In this document: positions 9,178 through 22,517 of the stretch, piece by piece
Position numbering within the stretch: position 1 is the first letter of the stretch
How the letters are laid out: each line of letters begins with the position of its first letter
The notes under the pieces: model-generated
The model's input: the letters and a program-made list of their open reading frames with translations, nothing else
The model's database searches: none
What the model was told of the DNA's origin: nothing
NCBI GenBank assembly: GCA_045649855.1
Contig: JAZRQN010000013.1
Location: forward strand, 1-51,491
Source of the DNA: Acutalibacteraceae bacterium
GTDB lineage: Bacteria > Bacillota > Clostridia > Oscillospirales > Acutalibacteraceae
Length of the DNA: 51,491 nt
Reading direction: 5' to 3'
Program-made: the position numbers and the translations under genes

Positions 9178-11997
9178 ATGGCAGAAACGGATATTCGCAT
9201 CAAAGGTGCCAGAGAACACAACTTAAAAAACATCAGTCTGCGTATTCCGCGTGACAAGTTGATTGTCTTTACAGGGCTTTCCGGTTCGGGTAAGTCCTCT
9301 TTGGCTTTCGATACGTTGTATGCCGAGGGCCAAAGACGATATATGGAGAGTCTGTCCTCCTATGCCAGACAGTTTTTGGGGATGATGGAAAAACCTGATG
9401 TGGATTCCATTGACGGATTATCGCCTGCTATCTCCATTGATCAGAAAACGACTTCGAAAAACCCGCGCTCGACTGTCGGTACCGTTACCGAGATTTACGA
9501 CTATCTGCGTCTGTTATACGCGCGCATCGGCGTGCCGCATTGTCCTGTTTGCGGCGAGGAAATCAGACAACAAACGTTGGATGAAATCGTGGATCGCATT
9601 CTGGAATTGCCCGAGGGAACTAAAATGCAGATTTTAGCGCCCATTGTTCGCGGTCGTAAAGGCGAATATGCTAAAGAATTTGAATCTGCCCGAAAATCCG
9701 GTTATGTCCGTGCGCGTGTAGACGGAGAAATGGTGGATTTGGCGGACGAGATCAAACTGGATAAGCAGAAAAAGCATACCATCGAAATCGTGGTTGATCG
9801 CCTGGTAGTGCGTGCGGATATTCGCGGTCGATTGGCGGACTCGGTGGAAACTGCCACCGAGTTGGCACACGGTCTGTTGACTGTGGATGTGATCGGTGGG
9901 GAAGAACTGAAATTTTCCCAAAACTACGCCTGTCCCGAACACGGCATCAGCATTGAGGAATTGACGCCGCGTATGTTCTCTTTTAACAATCCTTTCGGCG
10001 CTTGCCCCACCTGCACGGGCTTGGGTATGCAGTACCGCGTTGACCCTGAATTGGTGGTGCCCGATCGCACCCTTTCCATCAATGAGGGTGCTGTACACGG
10101 CGGTGGTTGGTCCGCAAAAGACGGTACCATTGCCGAAATGTATTTTAAAGGTCTTGCCGAGCATTACGGCTTTTCGTTGGATACGCCGTTTGGCGAACTG
10201 CCGCAGCACATCCAACAAATCGTTTTCTACGGAAATGATAGAGAACGATTCAAGGTCGTGCGATTCGGCGAATACGGACACGGCGAGTATATGGCGCAGT
10301 TTGAAGGCGTTGTGAACAATTTGGAACGCCGCTATACGCAAACGACCAGCGAATGGTCCAAGCGTGAACTGGAACAGTATATGCGCGAAGTGCCCTGTCC
10401 TGATTGCCGTGGACAGCGCCTGAAAGCCGAAAGTTTAGCAGTAACAGTCGGCGGTCTTAATATCGTGCAACTCACGGATTTGTCGGTGAGCGAAGCACTG
10501 GAGTTTATAGAAAATCTGCAACTTTCCAACCGTGAGCAGTTGATTGCGGGTAGGGTGCTCAAAGAGGTCAAAGAGCGCCTCGGATTTTTGCAGAGTGTTG
10601 GTTTGGAATATTTGACCTTGTCGCGTCGCGCGGGCACTCTGTCGGGCGGTGAGAGTCAGCGCATTCTTTTGGCGACCCAGATCGGTTCGTATCTGATGGG
10701 CGTTCTGTATATCTTGGATGAACCCAGCATTGGTCTGCATCAGCGTGATAACGATAAACTGTTGGATACGTTGTGCCGTTTGCGCGATCTTGGCAATACA
10801 CTCATTGTGGTTGAACACGATGAGGACACCATGCGTGCCGCCGACTGGATCGTCGATATCGGTCCCGGCGCAGGTGTGCACGGTGGAGAGGTGGTATACA
10901 GTGGTCCTGCGGCGGATGTCGTGAATTGTGAAGCATCCGTAACGGGACAGTATCTGAGCGGTAAAAAACGAATTCTCGTTCCCGAAAAACGTCGGTCGGG
11001 TAACGGACAGTTGATCACGGTGCACGGCGCTGCGGAAAACAATTTGCAAAACGTAACCGTTTCGTTCAAGCAAGGTGCTTTTAACGTGGTTACGGGTGTT
11101 TCCGGTTCGGGTAAATCCTCGCTGGTCAACGAGATTTTGTATAAACATTTGGCGGCGGAACTCAACCGCGCATCCACCCGTCCCGGAAAATTTGATCGCA
11201 TAGAGGGATTAGAACACCTGGATAAGGTGATCAATATCGACCAAGCGCCTATCGGGCGTACGCCGCGATCCAATCCTGCGACCTACACAGGCGTGTTCAA
11301 TGATATTCGCGATTTGTTTGCCACCACGGCCGACGCGAAAATGCGTGGTTATGCACCGGGACGTTTCTCTTTTAACGTGAAGGGCGGCCGCTGTGAAGCG
11401 TGTCAGGGCGATGGCATCCTGAAGATCGAAATGCATTTCTTGCCTGACGTGTACGTGCCGTGTGAAGTATGTAAAGGAAAACGGTACAACCGTGAAACGT
11501 TGGAAGTGCTGTACAAGGGTAAAAACATCAGCGATGTGCTGAATATGACGGTCGAAGAAGGCGTGGAATTCTTCGCCAATCAACCGCGCATTGCACGAAA
11601 ACTGAAAACGTTGCAAGACGTGGGGCTTGGCTATATTCAGATTGGTCAGCCTGCCACCACGTTGTCGGGCGGCGAAGCCCAGCGCGTGAAATTGGCAACC
11701 GAACTTTCAAAACGTTCCACCGGCAAAACGGTGTATATTCTGGATGAACCTACCACGGGGCTGCACACTGCTGATGTGCATCAGTTGCTTGGCGTTTTGC
11801 AGAAGTTGGTGGATGGCGGTAACACGGTGATTGTCATTGAACACAATCTGGATGTTATCAAATCGGCGGATTACGTTGTTGATCTCGGCCCTGAAGGCGG
11901 TAACCGCGGCGGCACTGTGTTGGTAACGGGAACGCCCGAAGAGGTGGCGGCTTGTCCTGCATCTTACACGGGCGCGTATCTGAAAAAGGTGCTTTAA
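9178..11997 (+). CDS. uvrA: Excinuclease ABC subunit A
   Basis: 939 aa. Two ABC modules ([14 protein letters not shown] and [13 protein letters not shown]), LSGGE signatures and zinc-finger Cys clusters. Starts 14 nt after uvrB. Confidence 0.97.
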   Translation: MAETDIRIKGAREHNLKNISLRIPRDKLIVFTGLSGSGKSSLAFDTLYAEGQRRYMESLSSYARQFLGMMEKPDVDSIDGLSPAISIDQKTTSKNPRSTVGTVTEIYDYLRLLYARIGVPHCPVCGEEIRQQTLDEIVDRILELPEGTKMQILAPIVRGRKGEYAKEFESARKSGYVRARVDGEMVDLADEIKLDKQKKHTIEIVVDRLVVRADIRGRLADSVETATELAHGLLTVDVIGGEELKFSQNYACPEHGISIEELTPRMFSFNNPFGACPTCTGLGMQYRVDPELVVPDRTLSINEGAVHGGGWSAKDGTIAEMYFKGLAEHYGFSLDTPFGELPQHIQQIVFYGNDRERFKVVRFGEYGHGEYMAQFEGVVNNLERRYTQTTSEWSKRELEQYMREVPCPDCRGQRLKAESLAVTVGGLNIVQLTDLSVSEALEFIENLQLSNREQLIAGRVLKEVKERLGFLQSVGLEYLTLSRRAGTLSGGESQRILLATQIGSYLMGVLYILDEPSIGLHQRDNDKLLDTLCRLRDLGNTLIVVEHDEDTMRAADWIVDIGPGAGVHGGEVVYSGPAADVVNCEASVTGQYLSGKKRILVPEKRRSGNGQLITVHGAAENNLQNVTVSFKQGAFNVVTGVSGSGKSSLVNEILYKHLAAELNRASTRPGKFDRIEGLEHLDKVINIDQAPIGRTPRSNPATYTGVFNDIRDLFATTADAKMRGYAPGRFSFNVKGGRCEACQGDGILKIEMHFLPDVYVPCEVCKGKRYNRETLEVLYKGKNISDVLNMTVEEGVEFFANQPRIARKLKTLQDVGLGYIQIGQPATTLSGGEAQRVKLATELSKRSTGKTVYILDEPTTGLHTADVHQLLGVLQKLVDGGNTVIVIEHNLDVIKSADYVVDLGPEGGNRGGTVLVTGTPEEVAACPASYTGAYLKKVL

Positions 11998-12081
11998 CTA
12001 TATTATTTACAATTCAGTCATACACTCGGTGTCAAAAACCAGTATGATAGAAGTAACGTGTACACAGAAAGGCGGTAGAGT

Positions 12082-13654
<1,573 letters not shown>

Positions 13655-13660
13655 TATGTA

Positions 13661-13689
13661 AAAAACCTGTGATTTTCGCAGGTTTTTTA
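13661..13689 (+). terminator. Rho-independent terminator (weak stem)
   Basis: AAAAACCTG-TGATTTTCG-CAGGTTTTTT. Confidence 0.5.
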
Positions 13690-13712
13690 GCATTTCTAGG
13701 AGGAGAAACGAT

Positions 13713-14249
13713 ATGAAACTCAGCGGAAAAATAGCGTTCGCAGGAGTGATTTGTTGTCTGTCGGTGGTGTGTATGTTGCTCACCATTGTGCCGACAATGG
13801 AAATCGGTCTGCCGGCGTTGGCAGGATGTTTTTTGGTGTTGCCCACTATTGAACTTGGCAAACGCTATGGTTTTTTGTGCTATGGTGCAACTGCTTTTTT
13901 AGCGTTGCTGTTAGCGCCGTCCGTGGAAGCAAAAGTGCTGTTTGTTTTGTTCTTTGGTTACTATCCGGTTTTAAAAGCGTGGATCGAAAGTTTGCGATCT
14001 GCCGTTTTGCAGTGGGGTGCGAAGTTGCTGTTGTTTAACGCAACCATTTGTGCCTCCTATTGGTTGTTGATAAAAGTGCTTGCGGCTGTTCCACTCGATG
14101 ATGTTACTGTTTTCGGTGTGTATTTGCCCGTTGTTTTGTTATTGCTTGGAAATGTTGTGTTTGTGGTGTATGATATAGCACTGACGCGTGTCATCTCCAT
14201 GTACCTGCGTTTGGGGCAAGCGCGCTTGCGAAAAATGTTCCGTTTTTAA
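13713..14249 (+). CDS. Hypothetical polytopic membrane protein
   Basis: 178 aa, five or six hydrophobic helices, GGAGGAG SD 8 nt upstream. No motif recognised. Confidence 0.6.
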   Translation: MKLSGKIAFAGVICCLSVVCMLLTIVPTMEIGLPALAGCFLVLPTIELGKRYGFLCYGATAFLALLLAPSVEAKVLFVLFFGYYPVLKAWIESLRSAVLQWGAKLLLFNATICASYWLLIKVLAAVPLDDVTVFGVYLPVVLLLLGNVVFVVYDIALTRVISMYLRLGQARLRKMFRF

Positions 14250-14271
14250 TTTTGCAAGTTTTGCTAATTCA

Positions 14272-14300
14272 CTTGCATTTCTGATGTTAATACGCTATAA
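14272..14300 (+). promoter_or_regulatory. Putative sigma-A promoter
   Basis: TTGCAT, 17-nt spacer, TATAAT. Confidence 0.5.
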
Positions 14301-14345
14301 TTCTGGTATTATATGAATTTTACGAAATGGAGGTCTGTTCGCGCC

Positions 14346-15221
14346 ATGGATAACAATTTGATTGCTTTGATGAACGAACAGGCAAAGCATTTTTCCAAAG
14401 GACAAAAGAAAATCGCGCAGTTTATTACCGATCACTACGACGAAGCGGCGTTTATGACCGCTTTAAAGTTGGGAAATGCGGTTGGAGTCAGTGAATCTAC
14501 CGTTGTACGCTTTGCGGCGGAATTGGGGTTTGCCGGATATCCGCAACTGCAAAAAGCGATGCAAGGGCTGATTCGGAGTCGACTGACAACGTTGCAACGC
14601 ATTGAGGTCAGTCGTAATCGTCTGCGCGACGACGAAGTGTTAGATGACGTGATGTCGTACGATATGCGCAACATCCGTGAGACGTTGGAAGAAATGCCGC
14701 GTGATGTTTTTTACGATGCAGTGGATACCATCACCAAGGCGCGGCGCGTATATATTTTCGGTGCAGGCAGTTGTCGTGCGATTGCATCGTTTGTAGCTTA
14801 TTATCTCAAATTGTTCTTGCCGAACGTACAGTTGATCACAGTGAGCAGTCAGTCAGAGATATTTGAGGAAATGATTAGTATTTCGGATGAAGATGCGATT
14901 ATCGGAATCAGTTTTCCGCGTTATTCCAGTCGCGCGGTGCGCACGTTGCATTATGCGGCTTCCAAACAAGCAAATGTCATCGCTGTTACGGATTCTCCGG
15001 CGTCGCCGATTGCAAAATTCGCCTCTCATTTATTGTTGGCGCACAGCGATATGGCTTCTGTGGTGGACTCTTTGGCAGCGCCGCTCAGCTTGATGAATGC
15101 GCTGATTGTTGCGGTGTCGTTGAAACAGCTGGATAGCCGCCGTCAGGTTCTGACCGAGTTGGAAGAGTTGTGGAACAGTTATGAGGTCTATCAACCGACC
15201 GACGAGGCAGGGAAGGAATAA
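14346..15221 (+). CDS. MurR/RpiR-family transcriptional regulator (HTH + SIS domain)
   Basis: Part of ORF 14313..15221. An N-terminal HTH_6-like region (GQKKIAQFITDHYDEAAFMTALKLGNAVGVSESTVVRFA) and a SIS domain (RVYIFGAGSCRAIASF). Start chosen at ATG 14346 after GGAGG. Confidence 0.85.
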   Translation: MDNNLIALMNEQAKHFSKGQKKIAQFITDHYDEAAFMTALKLGNAVGVSESTVVRFAAELGFAGYPQLQKAMQGLIRSRLTTLQRIEVSRNRLRDDEVLDDVMSYDMRNIRETLEEMPRDVFYDAVDTITKARRVYIFGAGSCRAIASFVAYYLKLFLPNVQLITVSSQSEIFEEMISISDEDAIIGISFPRYSSRAVRTLHYAASKQANVIAVTDSPASPIAKFASHLLLAHSDMASVVDSLAAPLSLMNALIVAVSLKQLDSRRQVLTELEELWNSYEVYQPTDEAGKE

Positions 15222-15225
15222 GCGT

Positions 15226-16449
15226 ATGCGTGTTTTGGTAGTCGGCGGCGGCGCTGCCGGTTTAATAGCCGCAGGCGAAGCGGCGGCACGTGGATATGAT
15301 GTGTTGGTTATTGAGCGCAATCCGCGCCCTGCCCGCAAGGTGATGATTACGGGAAAAGGACGTTGCAATCTGACCAACAACTGCACGTTGGATGAGTTGA
15401 TTGCCAACGTGCCCACCAATCCACGTTTTTTGTACAGCGCTTTTTCTGCTTTTACACCTCAAGATATGATGGCGCTGATTGAAGAGATGGGTGTGCCTCT
15501 CAAGACCGAACGCGGAAACCGCGTATTCCCGGTGTCGGATAGAGCAGTGGATATCGTGGATGCGCTTGTCCGCTATGCTAAGAAGAACGGTTGCAAATTT
15601 ATGCAAGGTACCGTTAAACATATCACGGTTTCGGACGGCGTTTGCACAGGTGTTGTTTTAGAAGATGGTACTGCTTTGGATGCGTACGCTGTTATTGTTG
15701 CAACGGGAGGCTGCTCTTATCCGCAGACGGGTTCTGACGGAAGCGGTTACGCGTTGGCGCAAGAGGTCGGACATACTATCGTGCAACCCAAGCCGTCTTT
15801 GGTGCCGCTGGAATCGAGTGATACGTATTGCGGCGAGATGCAAGGGCTATCACCTCGTAATTGTGCGTTGACGGTGGAAGATACCGCGAAAAATAAAGTG
15901 GTATTTTCTGATTTTGGTGAGATGTTGTTTACGCATTTCGGCATATCCGGTCCGATGGTACTCAGTGCCAGCGCACATCTGCGTAATATGCAAGCAGGAA
16001 GATATGTGGCGTATCTGGATTGGAAACCTGCTTTGAACTTTGAACAGTTGGATGCGCGTTTGTTGCGCGATTTGAGTGAATATCGTAACCACGATTTCTC
16101 CAATGCGCTTTGCAAACTGTTGCCGCAAAAAGCTGTTCCCGTGTTTTTGAAGTTGTCAGGAATAGAGGGCAGCCGAAAATGTCATTCCATCACAAGAGAG
16201 GAACGACAGCGTTTTGGCGAATTGCTCAAACGATTCCCGATTCATATTAAAGGCTTCCGTCCCATTTCAGAAGCGATCATAACCTCGGGCGGCGTTTCGG
16301 TAAAAGAAATCGTATCTTCTACCATGCAATCGAAATTGGCAGAAGGGTTGTATTTTGCCGGTGAAGTGTTGGATGTAGATGCCTATACCGGTGGTTTTAA
16401 TTTACAAATTGCTTTTTCAACCGGCTATATTGCCGGTAATCACGTTTAA
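15226..16449 (+). CDS. HI0933/BaiN-like FAD-dependent oxidoreductase
   Basis: Part of ORF 15181..16449. MRVLVVGGGAAGLIAAGEAA dinucleotide fold, KVMITGKGRCNLTN, and C-terminal GLYFAGEVLDVDAYTGGFNLQIAFSTG. Confidence 0.85.
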   Translation: MRVLVVGGGAAGLIAAGEAAARGYDVLVIERNPRPARKVMITGKGRCNLTNNCTLDELIANVPTNPRFLYSAFSAFTPQDMMALIEEMGVPLKTERGNRVFPVSDRAVDIVDALVRYAKKNGCKFMQGTVKHITVSDGVCTGVVLEDGTALDAYAVIVATGGCSYPQTGSDGSGYALAQEVGHTIVQPKPSLVPLESSDTYCGEMQGLSPRNCALTVEDTAKNKVVFSDFGEMLFTHFGISGPMVLSASAHLRNMQAGRYVAYLDWKPALNFEQLDARLLRDLSEYRNHDFSNALCKLLPQKAVPVFLKLSGIEGSRKCHSITREERQRFGELLKRFPIHIKGFRPISEAIITSGGVSVKEIVSSTMQSKLAEGLYFAGEVLDVDAYTGGFNLQIAFSTGYIAGNHV

Positions 16450-16463
16450 AAAGGAGAATACTT

Positions 16464-17150
16464 ATGAAAACTGTTGCCATTGCTATTGACGGACCTGCCG
16501 GTGCAGGAAAGAGCACCATCGCTCGCGCGTTAGCCAAAGAGATGGAGTACATTTATGTAGATACGGGCGCGCTGTACCGCGCGGTCGGATACTATATGTT
16601 GGAAAAAGGCGTAGAGCCGAATGATGCGGATGCTGTCATTCCGCTGTTGGAAGGTTTGGACGTATCCTTGCGCTTTGTAGACGGTGAACAGCAGGTGATG
16701 CTCAACGGTGAAAATGTCAGCGGTATGATCCGTACGCCTGCGGTATCTATGGCGGCTTCTGCGGTTTCCGCCATTCCTACCGTGCGTCAGTTCTTGTTTG
16801 ATCTTCAACAGAATATGGCAAAGACCAACAACGTCATTATGGACGGCAGAGATATTGGTACGGTTGTGTTGCCGTGGGCGCAGGTGAAGATCTTCTTGAC
16901 CGCATCTCCCGAAGCGCGTGCGAAACGTCGCTATGTCGAATTGATTGAAAAAGGCGAGCAGGTCAATTTTGATGACGTGCTGGCGGATATGAAAAAGAGA
17001 GACTATGACGACTCTCATCGTGCCATTGCGCCGCTGAAACCTGCCGACGATGCGGTTATCGCGGACACCAGCGATATCACGTTGGAAGAATCAATCGCAT
17101 TGCTCAAATCCATTGCGAAGGAAAGATTGTCATGTCAGAACATCCTTTAA
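16464..17150 (+). CDS. cmk: Cytidylate kinase
   Basis: IAIDGPAGAGKSTIARALA P-loop, DTGALYRA and MDGRDIGTVV. Confidence 0.95.
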   Translation: MKTVAIAIDGPAGAGKSTIARALAKEMEYIYVDTGALYRAVGYYMLEKGVEPNDADAVIPLLEGLDVSLRFVDGEQQVMLNGENVSGMIRTPAVSMAASAVSAIPTVRQFLFDLQQNMAKTNNVIMDGRDIGTVVLPWAQVKIFLTASPEARAKRRYVELIEKGEQVNFDDVLADMKKRDYDDSHRAIAPLKPADDAVIADTSDITLEESIALLKSIAKERLSCQNIL

Positions 17151-17767
17151 AGCGCATTTTGTTAACCATTTTCCGTCCGATTGTCAAACTGATATTTCCG
17201 TATCGTGTGATTGGTCTGGAAAATTTGCCTGATGAGAATGATGGCGGTAGATATATCATTTGCTGTAACCATCTTTCGGTTGTGGACCCTGTGTTTTTAC
17301 TGATGGGGCAGAAGCGTCCGATCTATTTTATGGCAAAAGCGGAACTGTTTCAAAAGCGGTTTGTTGCTTGGTTGCTCGGCACGGTGATGGGTGCGTTTCC
17401 CGTGGATCGCGGAAAAGGGGATATGAGTGCTATCAATCACGCGTTTGAACTGGTGAACAACGGTAAATTTCTTGGTATTTTTCCGCAAGGCACTTGTCGC
17501 AGACAACGCGAACTGGGACAGGCGAAGTCCGGCGCTGCTTTGATCGCTTGTCGTACGCAAGCGACGGTTATTCCGGCCTGTCTGGTAACCAAGGATTACC
17601 ACGTGCGCGCATTTCGTCGTGTAACGTTGGTGTTCGGAAAACCGATTACGCCGGAAGAAATGCGGCTGGTGGATGAAGAACATCCGAAACTGCGCCACGC
17701 ATCCCGTACCATCATGGAGCGTATGGATGCGTTGATTGAAGAGCAGGAACAAGCAAACCGAAAGTGA
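17132..17767 (+). CDS. plsC: 1-acyl-sn-glycerol-3-phosphate acyltransferase
   Basis: 211 aa. HX4D motif CNHLSVVDP and FPQGT block. Overlaps the cmk end by 19 nt. Confidence 0.85.
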   Translation: MSEHPLKRILLTIFRPIVKLIFPYRVIGLENLPDENDGGRYIICCNHLSVVDPVFLLMGQKRPIYFMAKAELFQKRFVAWLLGTVMGAFPVDRGKGDMSAINHAFELVNNGKFLGIFPQGTCRRQRELGQAKSGAALIACRTQATVIPACLVTKDYHVRAFRRVTLVFGKPITPEEMRLVDEEHPKLRHASRTIMERMDALIEEQEQANRK

Positions 17768-17774
17768 GGCAGTT

Positions 17775-19808
17775 ATGCAGGTGAAACTTGCGAAATCCGC
17801 CGGTTTTTGTTTCGGTGTGAACAAGGCGGTCAGTGCTGTATACGATTTGCTGGATAAGGGTGAAAAGGTCGCAACGCTCGGTCCGATCATCCATAATCCG
17901 CAGTTGGTGGAAGCACTGAAAGAGCGTGGCGTGATTATTGTTGATCACCCAAATGAAGTTCCAAGCGATACCGTTTTGGTCATTCGCTCTCACGGTGTAC
18001 CCAAAAGTGTGTATGATGCAGTAGCGGAAAGCGGTGTGCGTATGCACGATGCTACCTGCCCGTTTGTAGGGAAGATTCATCGGATTGTTGCCGAAAAATC
18101 TTTGGCAGGATATCGCGTGTTTATCGCGGGCAATGCGGGTCATCCGGAAGTGATGGGTATCTGCGGACATTGTGAAGGCGAGTATACGGTGTTTTCTACA
18201 CCGGAAGAATTGGAGAAAATACTCGAAAATCGGCACAATTTGCCCGACGAGTCGGTTATCATGGTCGCGCAAACCACGTATAACACAATTTATTGGAAAA
18301 AGTGTGCGAAAATATTAAAAAAACACTATACAAATCCGTTGATTTTTGATACAATATGCAATGCGACTGCCGAAAGGCAGAACGAGGCCATTGCATTATC
18401 ACAGGAATGTGATAAAATGGTGATCGTCGGTGGACGTCAAAGTTCCAACACCACCAAGTTGCACGACGTTTGCGCCGTATGCTGTCCCACGATTTTAGTG
18501 GAGACGGCGGCGGAGTTGGACGCCAAGCAGTTTGAGGGTGTGCGGTGTGTAGGACTGACCGCAGGAGCCTCGACACCTGCCGATATTATAAAGGAGGTAC
18601 AAACCATCATGTCCGAAATGAAAAACCTGGAAACCAAAGACCTGGCAGCGGAGGCTGTCGAAACCGTCAACGAGACTGCATTTGAGGAAATGACTTCTGA
18701 AGAGTACGAGAAAGCTATCGACGCTACTTTCCAGAATCCTACTGATGATAAAGTGCGCGGCCTGGTTGTCAGCATTGCTCCCAACGAGGTGCAAGTAGAG
18801 GTCATCGGCCGCAAACAGACCGGTTACATCCCTGCGGAAGAACTTTCCGCCGATCCTAATGCAAATCCCGCCGATGTTGTGAAAGTCGGTGATGAGCTCG
18901 AACTGCTCATCATGCGTACCAACGATCAGGAAGGCACCATTATGCTTTCTAAAAAACGCGTGGATTCTCTCAAAGGCTGGAACACTGTTGTGGAAGCTGA
19001 AGCTTCCGGCGAAATTCTCGAAGGCACCATCACCGAAGTTATCAAAGGTGGCGTGCTGGTCGTTACTAACGGCGTTCGCGTGTTCGTGCCTGCTTCTCAT
19101 GCGTCCTTGACTCGCATGGAAGATCTGACTCCTCTCAAGGGTCAGACTGCTCGCTTCAAGATCATTGAAGTGAACACCGCTCGTCGTCGTGCGGTTGCTT
19201 CCATCCGTCTGGTGGCTCGTGAAGAGCGCAAAGAGCAGGAAGCCGCTGTGTGGAACACTCTCGAAGTGGGCCAGCAGTACACCGGTACTGTGAAATCTCT
19301 GACCTCTTACGGTGCGTTCGTGGATCTCGGTGGTGTGGACGGTATGATCCACATTTCCGAACTGTCCTGGAGTCGCATTAAGCATCCTTCCGAGGTTGTG
19401 AACGTTGGCGACACCGTCAATGTGTACATCCGCGATCTGGACACCGAAAAGAAAAAGATTTCTCTGGGCTACCGCAAAGCGGAAGACAATCCGTGGGAGA
19501 TCTTCAAAGCGAACTACAACGTGGACGACGTTGTGGACGCGAAGATTGTCGGCATGACTGCGTTTGGTGCGTTTGCACAGATTATCCCCGGCATCGACGG
19601 TCTCATCCACATTTCTCAGATTGCGGATCGCCGCATCGAGAAACCGCAGGATGAACTGAAGGTTGGCCAGGAAGTCAAAGCAAAGATTACCAACGTTGAC
19701 TATGACAGCAAACGTATCAGCCTGTCCATCCGCGCTCTGATCGAGCCGGCTGCTGAAGAGGTTGCTCCCGAAGCTGTTGCTGAAGAGGCTGAAGAGGCCG
19801 CTGAATAA
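17775..19808 (+). CDS. ispH: Bifunctional 4-hydroxy-3-methylbut-2-enyl diphosphate reductase / ribosomal protein S1
   Basis: Part of ORF 17736..19808. N-terminal IspH ([25 protein letters not shown] Cys ligands) followed by four S1 repeats (e.g. [27 protein letters not shown]). Confidence 0.9.
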   Translation: MQVKLAKSAGFCFGVNKAVSAVYDLLDKGEKVATLGPIIHNPQLVEALKERGVIIVDHPNEVPSDTVLVIRSHGVPKSVYDAVAESGVRMHDATCPFVGKIHRIVAEKSLAGYRVFIAGNAGHPEVMGICGHCEGEYTVFSTPEELEKILENRHNLPDESVIMVAQTTYNTIYWKKCAKILKKHYTNPLIFDTICNATAERQNEAIALSQECDKMVIVGGRQSSNTTKLHDVCAVCCPTILVETAAELDAKQFEGVRCVGLTAGASTPADIIKEVQTIMSEMKNLETKDLAAEAVETVNETAFEEMTSEEYEKAIDATFQNPTDDKVRGLVVSIAPNEVQVEVIGRKQTGYIPAEELSADPNANPADVVKVGDELELLIMRTNDQEGTIMLSKKRVDSLKGWNTVVEAEASGEILEGTITEVIKGGVLVVTNGVRVFVPASHASLTRMEDLTPLKGQTARFKIIEVNTARRRAVASIRLVAREERKEQEAAVWNTLEVGQQYTGTVKSLTSYGAFVDLGGVDGMIHISELSWSRIKHPSEVVNVGDTVNVYIRDLDTEKKKISLGYRKAEDNPWEIFKANYNVDDVVDAKIVGMTAFGAFAQIIPGIDGLIHISQIADRRIEKPQDELKVGQEVKAKITNVDYDSKRISLSIRALIEPAAEEVAPEAVAEEAEEAAE

Positions 19809-19822
19809 GTAAGCGTTTGATG

Positions 19823-19858
19823 AAACCGCAGTAACGCAGTTGCGTTGCTGCGGTTTTT
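19823..19858 (+). terminator. Rho-independent terminator
   Basis: AAACCGCAGTAACGCA / TGCGTTGCTGCGGTTTTT, a stem of about 15 bp followed by a T-run. Confidence 0.8.
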
Positions 19859-19923
19859 CTTTGCTTTTACGGCACGGAGACAAGCGGGATGGAATAGTAT
19901 GCCAACAAAGGGGTGGTTTTACG

Positions 19924-20265
19924 ATGTCTGTAAATGTTGCTTTTTGTGTCTTGTTGCTTTTTGCGCTGTATGGAATAGCAGGTCTTTTGAGACGGTTGAC
20001 AATACTGATATTGCGCCCGGAAAAACCGCCGCGCACATTTTCGCTCGCATATTTAAACCACGATACACAAAACGTTGAACAGATCATTCGCTATTTCCGC
20101 ACGAAAGCGGAGCGTGAAGATGTACTGTTTTTGATTGATAACGGTGTTTCGGAAGCGGAAAAAACGATATTGGAAAAAATGTGTGCCGAACAATCGGATG
20201 TTCGGTTTATTACGGCAGAAAATTTTGTCGAAGAGAATTGCATTCGTACAGGAAATGCAGTATAA
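19924..20265 (+). CDS. Hypothetical small membrane-anchored protein
   Basis: Part of ORF 19840..20265. Start set at ATG 19924 after AAAGGGGTGG. One N-terminal TM helix; no recognisable motif. Confidence 0.4.
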   Translation: MSVNVAFCVLLLFALYGIAGLLRRLTILILRPEKPPRTFSLAYLNHDTQNVEQIIRYFRTKAEREDVLFLIDNGVSEAEKTILEKMCAEQSDVRFITAENFVEENCIRTGNAV

Positions 20266-20300
20266 TTATATCAATATGTAATACAAGAGGAGGGGATTGC

Positions 20301-22517
20301 GTGGACGAGAAAACCGAACAGTTGAACGGCGTAGTAGAACGCGTCGTGTTCCGCAATCCCGATACCTGCTGGACCGTATTGGATGTGATCTCCGAAGATG
20401 AGTTGTTGGAAAAGGTGGTTGGCGCTTTTGCGGATATTCACGTCGGTGAACAACTGTTTATGAACGGTGAGTGGGTGGAACATCCGCAGTTTGGCCGACA
20501 GTTTCGTATGGATAGCTATACCTCGCATTTGCCGACCGATGTGATGGCGATTTTGCGATACTTGTCGTCGGGCGCCGTGCGTGGCATCGGTCCGTCTACC
20601 GCTGCAAAAGTCATTGATAAATTTGGCGAGGATACGTTACGTATTCTGGAAGAAGAACCGATTCGATTGGCGGAAGTGCGCGGTATTACCCGGGAAAAAG
20701 CAAAAAAACTCGGCGAGGAATTTCATGCACAGAGTGGTTTGCGCGAGTTGATGCTCACCTTTTCTGCGTATGGTTTAACACAAGCGGAAGCGGTTCGCTG
20801 TTGGAAACGCTACGGTGTTTCGGCTGTGGAACGTATCAAAGCGAACCCGTATATTTTGTGCAACGACGGGTTATCCATTCCGTTTGAACGTGCTGACCGT
20901 ATGGCGACCACGATGTACGGCTTTGAGAACACGCCTAACCGCATCGAGGCAGGCTTGTTATATGTTTTGCGCCATAATCTTGGCAATGGACATACCTGCT
21001 TACCGCAGGATAAATTGATTACAGCGGCGGCAGGTGTGCTGGAAGCGGACGCGGATATGGTGGAACGTGTTTTGATGGATATGTTGACCAGACGCGTGGT
21101 GATGTGCGAGTGGATTTTAGGGCGTGAATTTGTGTTTCTTGCCAAGTATTATACCGCTGAACGCTATATTGCCGCTCGTATCCAAGAAATGATCGGTACG
21201 GACGTTACCGTTTCAGCGGATATACAGGCTTTGGTGGATTGTATCGAGGTGAAACAGCGCATTTGCTATGAACAGCAACAGCGTGCCGCTTTATTGGCGG
21301 CTGTAAGCAACCGCTTGATGGTGTTGACAGGTCGCCCCGGTACAGGTAAGACCACTACCGTTAACGGTATGATTGCCTTGTTGGAAGCGTGCGGAGAGGA
21401 TGTCGTGCTGGCTGCACCTACAGGCAGAGCAGCGAAACGTATGACCGAGTTGACGGGATATGAAGCAAAAACGCTGCATCGTTTGTTGGAAGTGCAATGG
21501 GGCGAGGACGATCAACCGTATTTCGCCAGAGATGAAAAGAACCCCTTAGATGCCGACACGGTGATCGTGGACGAATTATCTATGGTAGACACCTTGTTAT
21601 TTGAACAACTGTTGCGTGCAATGCCTGAACGGGGCAGACTGATTATGGTGGGCGATGCCGATCAGTTGCCTTCAGTGGGCGCGGGCAATGTGTTGCAGAG
21701 TTTGATTGATTCTAAAGCAGTGCCGATTGTGTGTTTGACTGAAATTTTCAGACAATCCTTGGAAAGCCATATCATTTCTGCGGCGCACGCCGTATTGGCA
21801 GGCGAAACGCCGAATATACATGATAAAGACGGCGATTTCTTTTTCTTGAAACGATCTTCTTTTCGTTCGGTTGAGGAAACGGTGCTGGATCTTTGTAATC
21901 GCCGTATCCCCGAAACATACGGCGTGTCCTGCTGGAATGGTATGCAGGTGTTGTGTCCGGGCAGACGAAGTGAGCTGGGTACGATGGAACTGAATGTGAA
22001 ACTGCAAGAATTGCTGAATCCTGCACAAAAAGGTAAGGATGAAGTTAAATGCGGTAATATGGTGTTCCGCGTCGGTGATAAGGTGATGCACAACCAGAAC
22101 AATTATGATATCACCTGGACCAAAGATAATGGTGAAGTGGGCACGGGCGTGTTCAACGGAGATATCGGTGTTCTGGAGAAGGTGGACAAGCGAAACGAAA
22201 CGGTATCGGTGCGATACGACAACCGTGTGGCGCTGTACACCAAAGAGGATTTGAAGTGTTTGGAGCTTGCTTATGCAATCACCGTGCACAAAAGTCAAGG
22301 CAGTGAGTTTGACGTGGTGATTTTAACCATGTTCCGACATCAAAAACAGTTGTGCTACCGCAATCTGCTCTATACCGCCATTACGCGCGCAAAGAAAATG
22401 CTGATTATGGTGGGGGATGAACCAACATTGTCTATGATGGTGGAAAACGACCGTAAAACCCTGCGGTACAGCGGTTTAAAACATTTTTTAACAAAAGAAG
22501 GTATTGGGATTGAATAA
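20301..22517 (+). CDS. recD2: RecD2-type SF1 ATP-dependent DNA helicase
   Basis: Part of ORF 20181..22517. Start set at GTG 20301 after GAGGAGGGG. Walker A LTGRPGTGKTT, DELSMVD, GDADQLPSVGAGN, and C-terminal AITVHKSQGSEF. Confidence 0.9.
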   Translation: MDEKTEQLNGVVERVVFRNPDTCWTVLDVISEDELLEKVVGAFADIHVGEQLFMNGEWVEHPQFGRQFRMDSYTSHLPTDVMAILRYLSSGAVRGIGPSTAAKVIDKFGEDTLRILEEEPIRLAEVRGITREKAKKLGEEFHAQSGLRELMLTFSAYGLTQAEAVRCWKRYGVSAVERIKANPYILCNDGLSIPFERADRMATTMYGFENTPNRIEAGLLYVLRHNLGNGHTCLPQDKLITAAAGVLEADADMVERVLMDMLTRRVVMCEWILGREFVFLAKYYTAERYIAARIQEMIGTDVTVSADIQALVDCIEVKQRICYEQQQRAALLAAVSNRLMVLTGRPGTGKTTTVNGMIALLEACGEDVVLAAPTGRAAKRMTELTGYEAKTLHRLLEVQWGEDDQPYFARDEKNPLDADTVIVDELSMVDTLLFEQLLRAMPERGRLIMVGDADQLPSVGAGNVLQSLIDSKAVPIVCLTEIFRQSLESHIISAAHAVLAGETPNIHDKDGDFFFLKRSSFRSVEETVLDLCNRRIPETYGVSCWNGMQVLCPGRRSELGTMELNVKLQELLNPAQKGKDEVKCGNMVFRVGDKVMHNQNNYDITWTKDNGEVGTGVFNGDIGVLEKVDKRNETVSVRYDNRVALYTKEDLKCLELAYAITVHKSQGSEFDVVILTMFRHQKQLCYRNLLYTAITRAKKMLIMVGDEPTLSMMVENDRKTLRYSGLKHFLTKEGIGIE

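Noticed and set aside
17775-19808. IspH fused to ribosomal protein S1.
   Set aside because: The fusion is real, but it is a well-known arrangement in Clostridia and therefore not novel.
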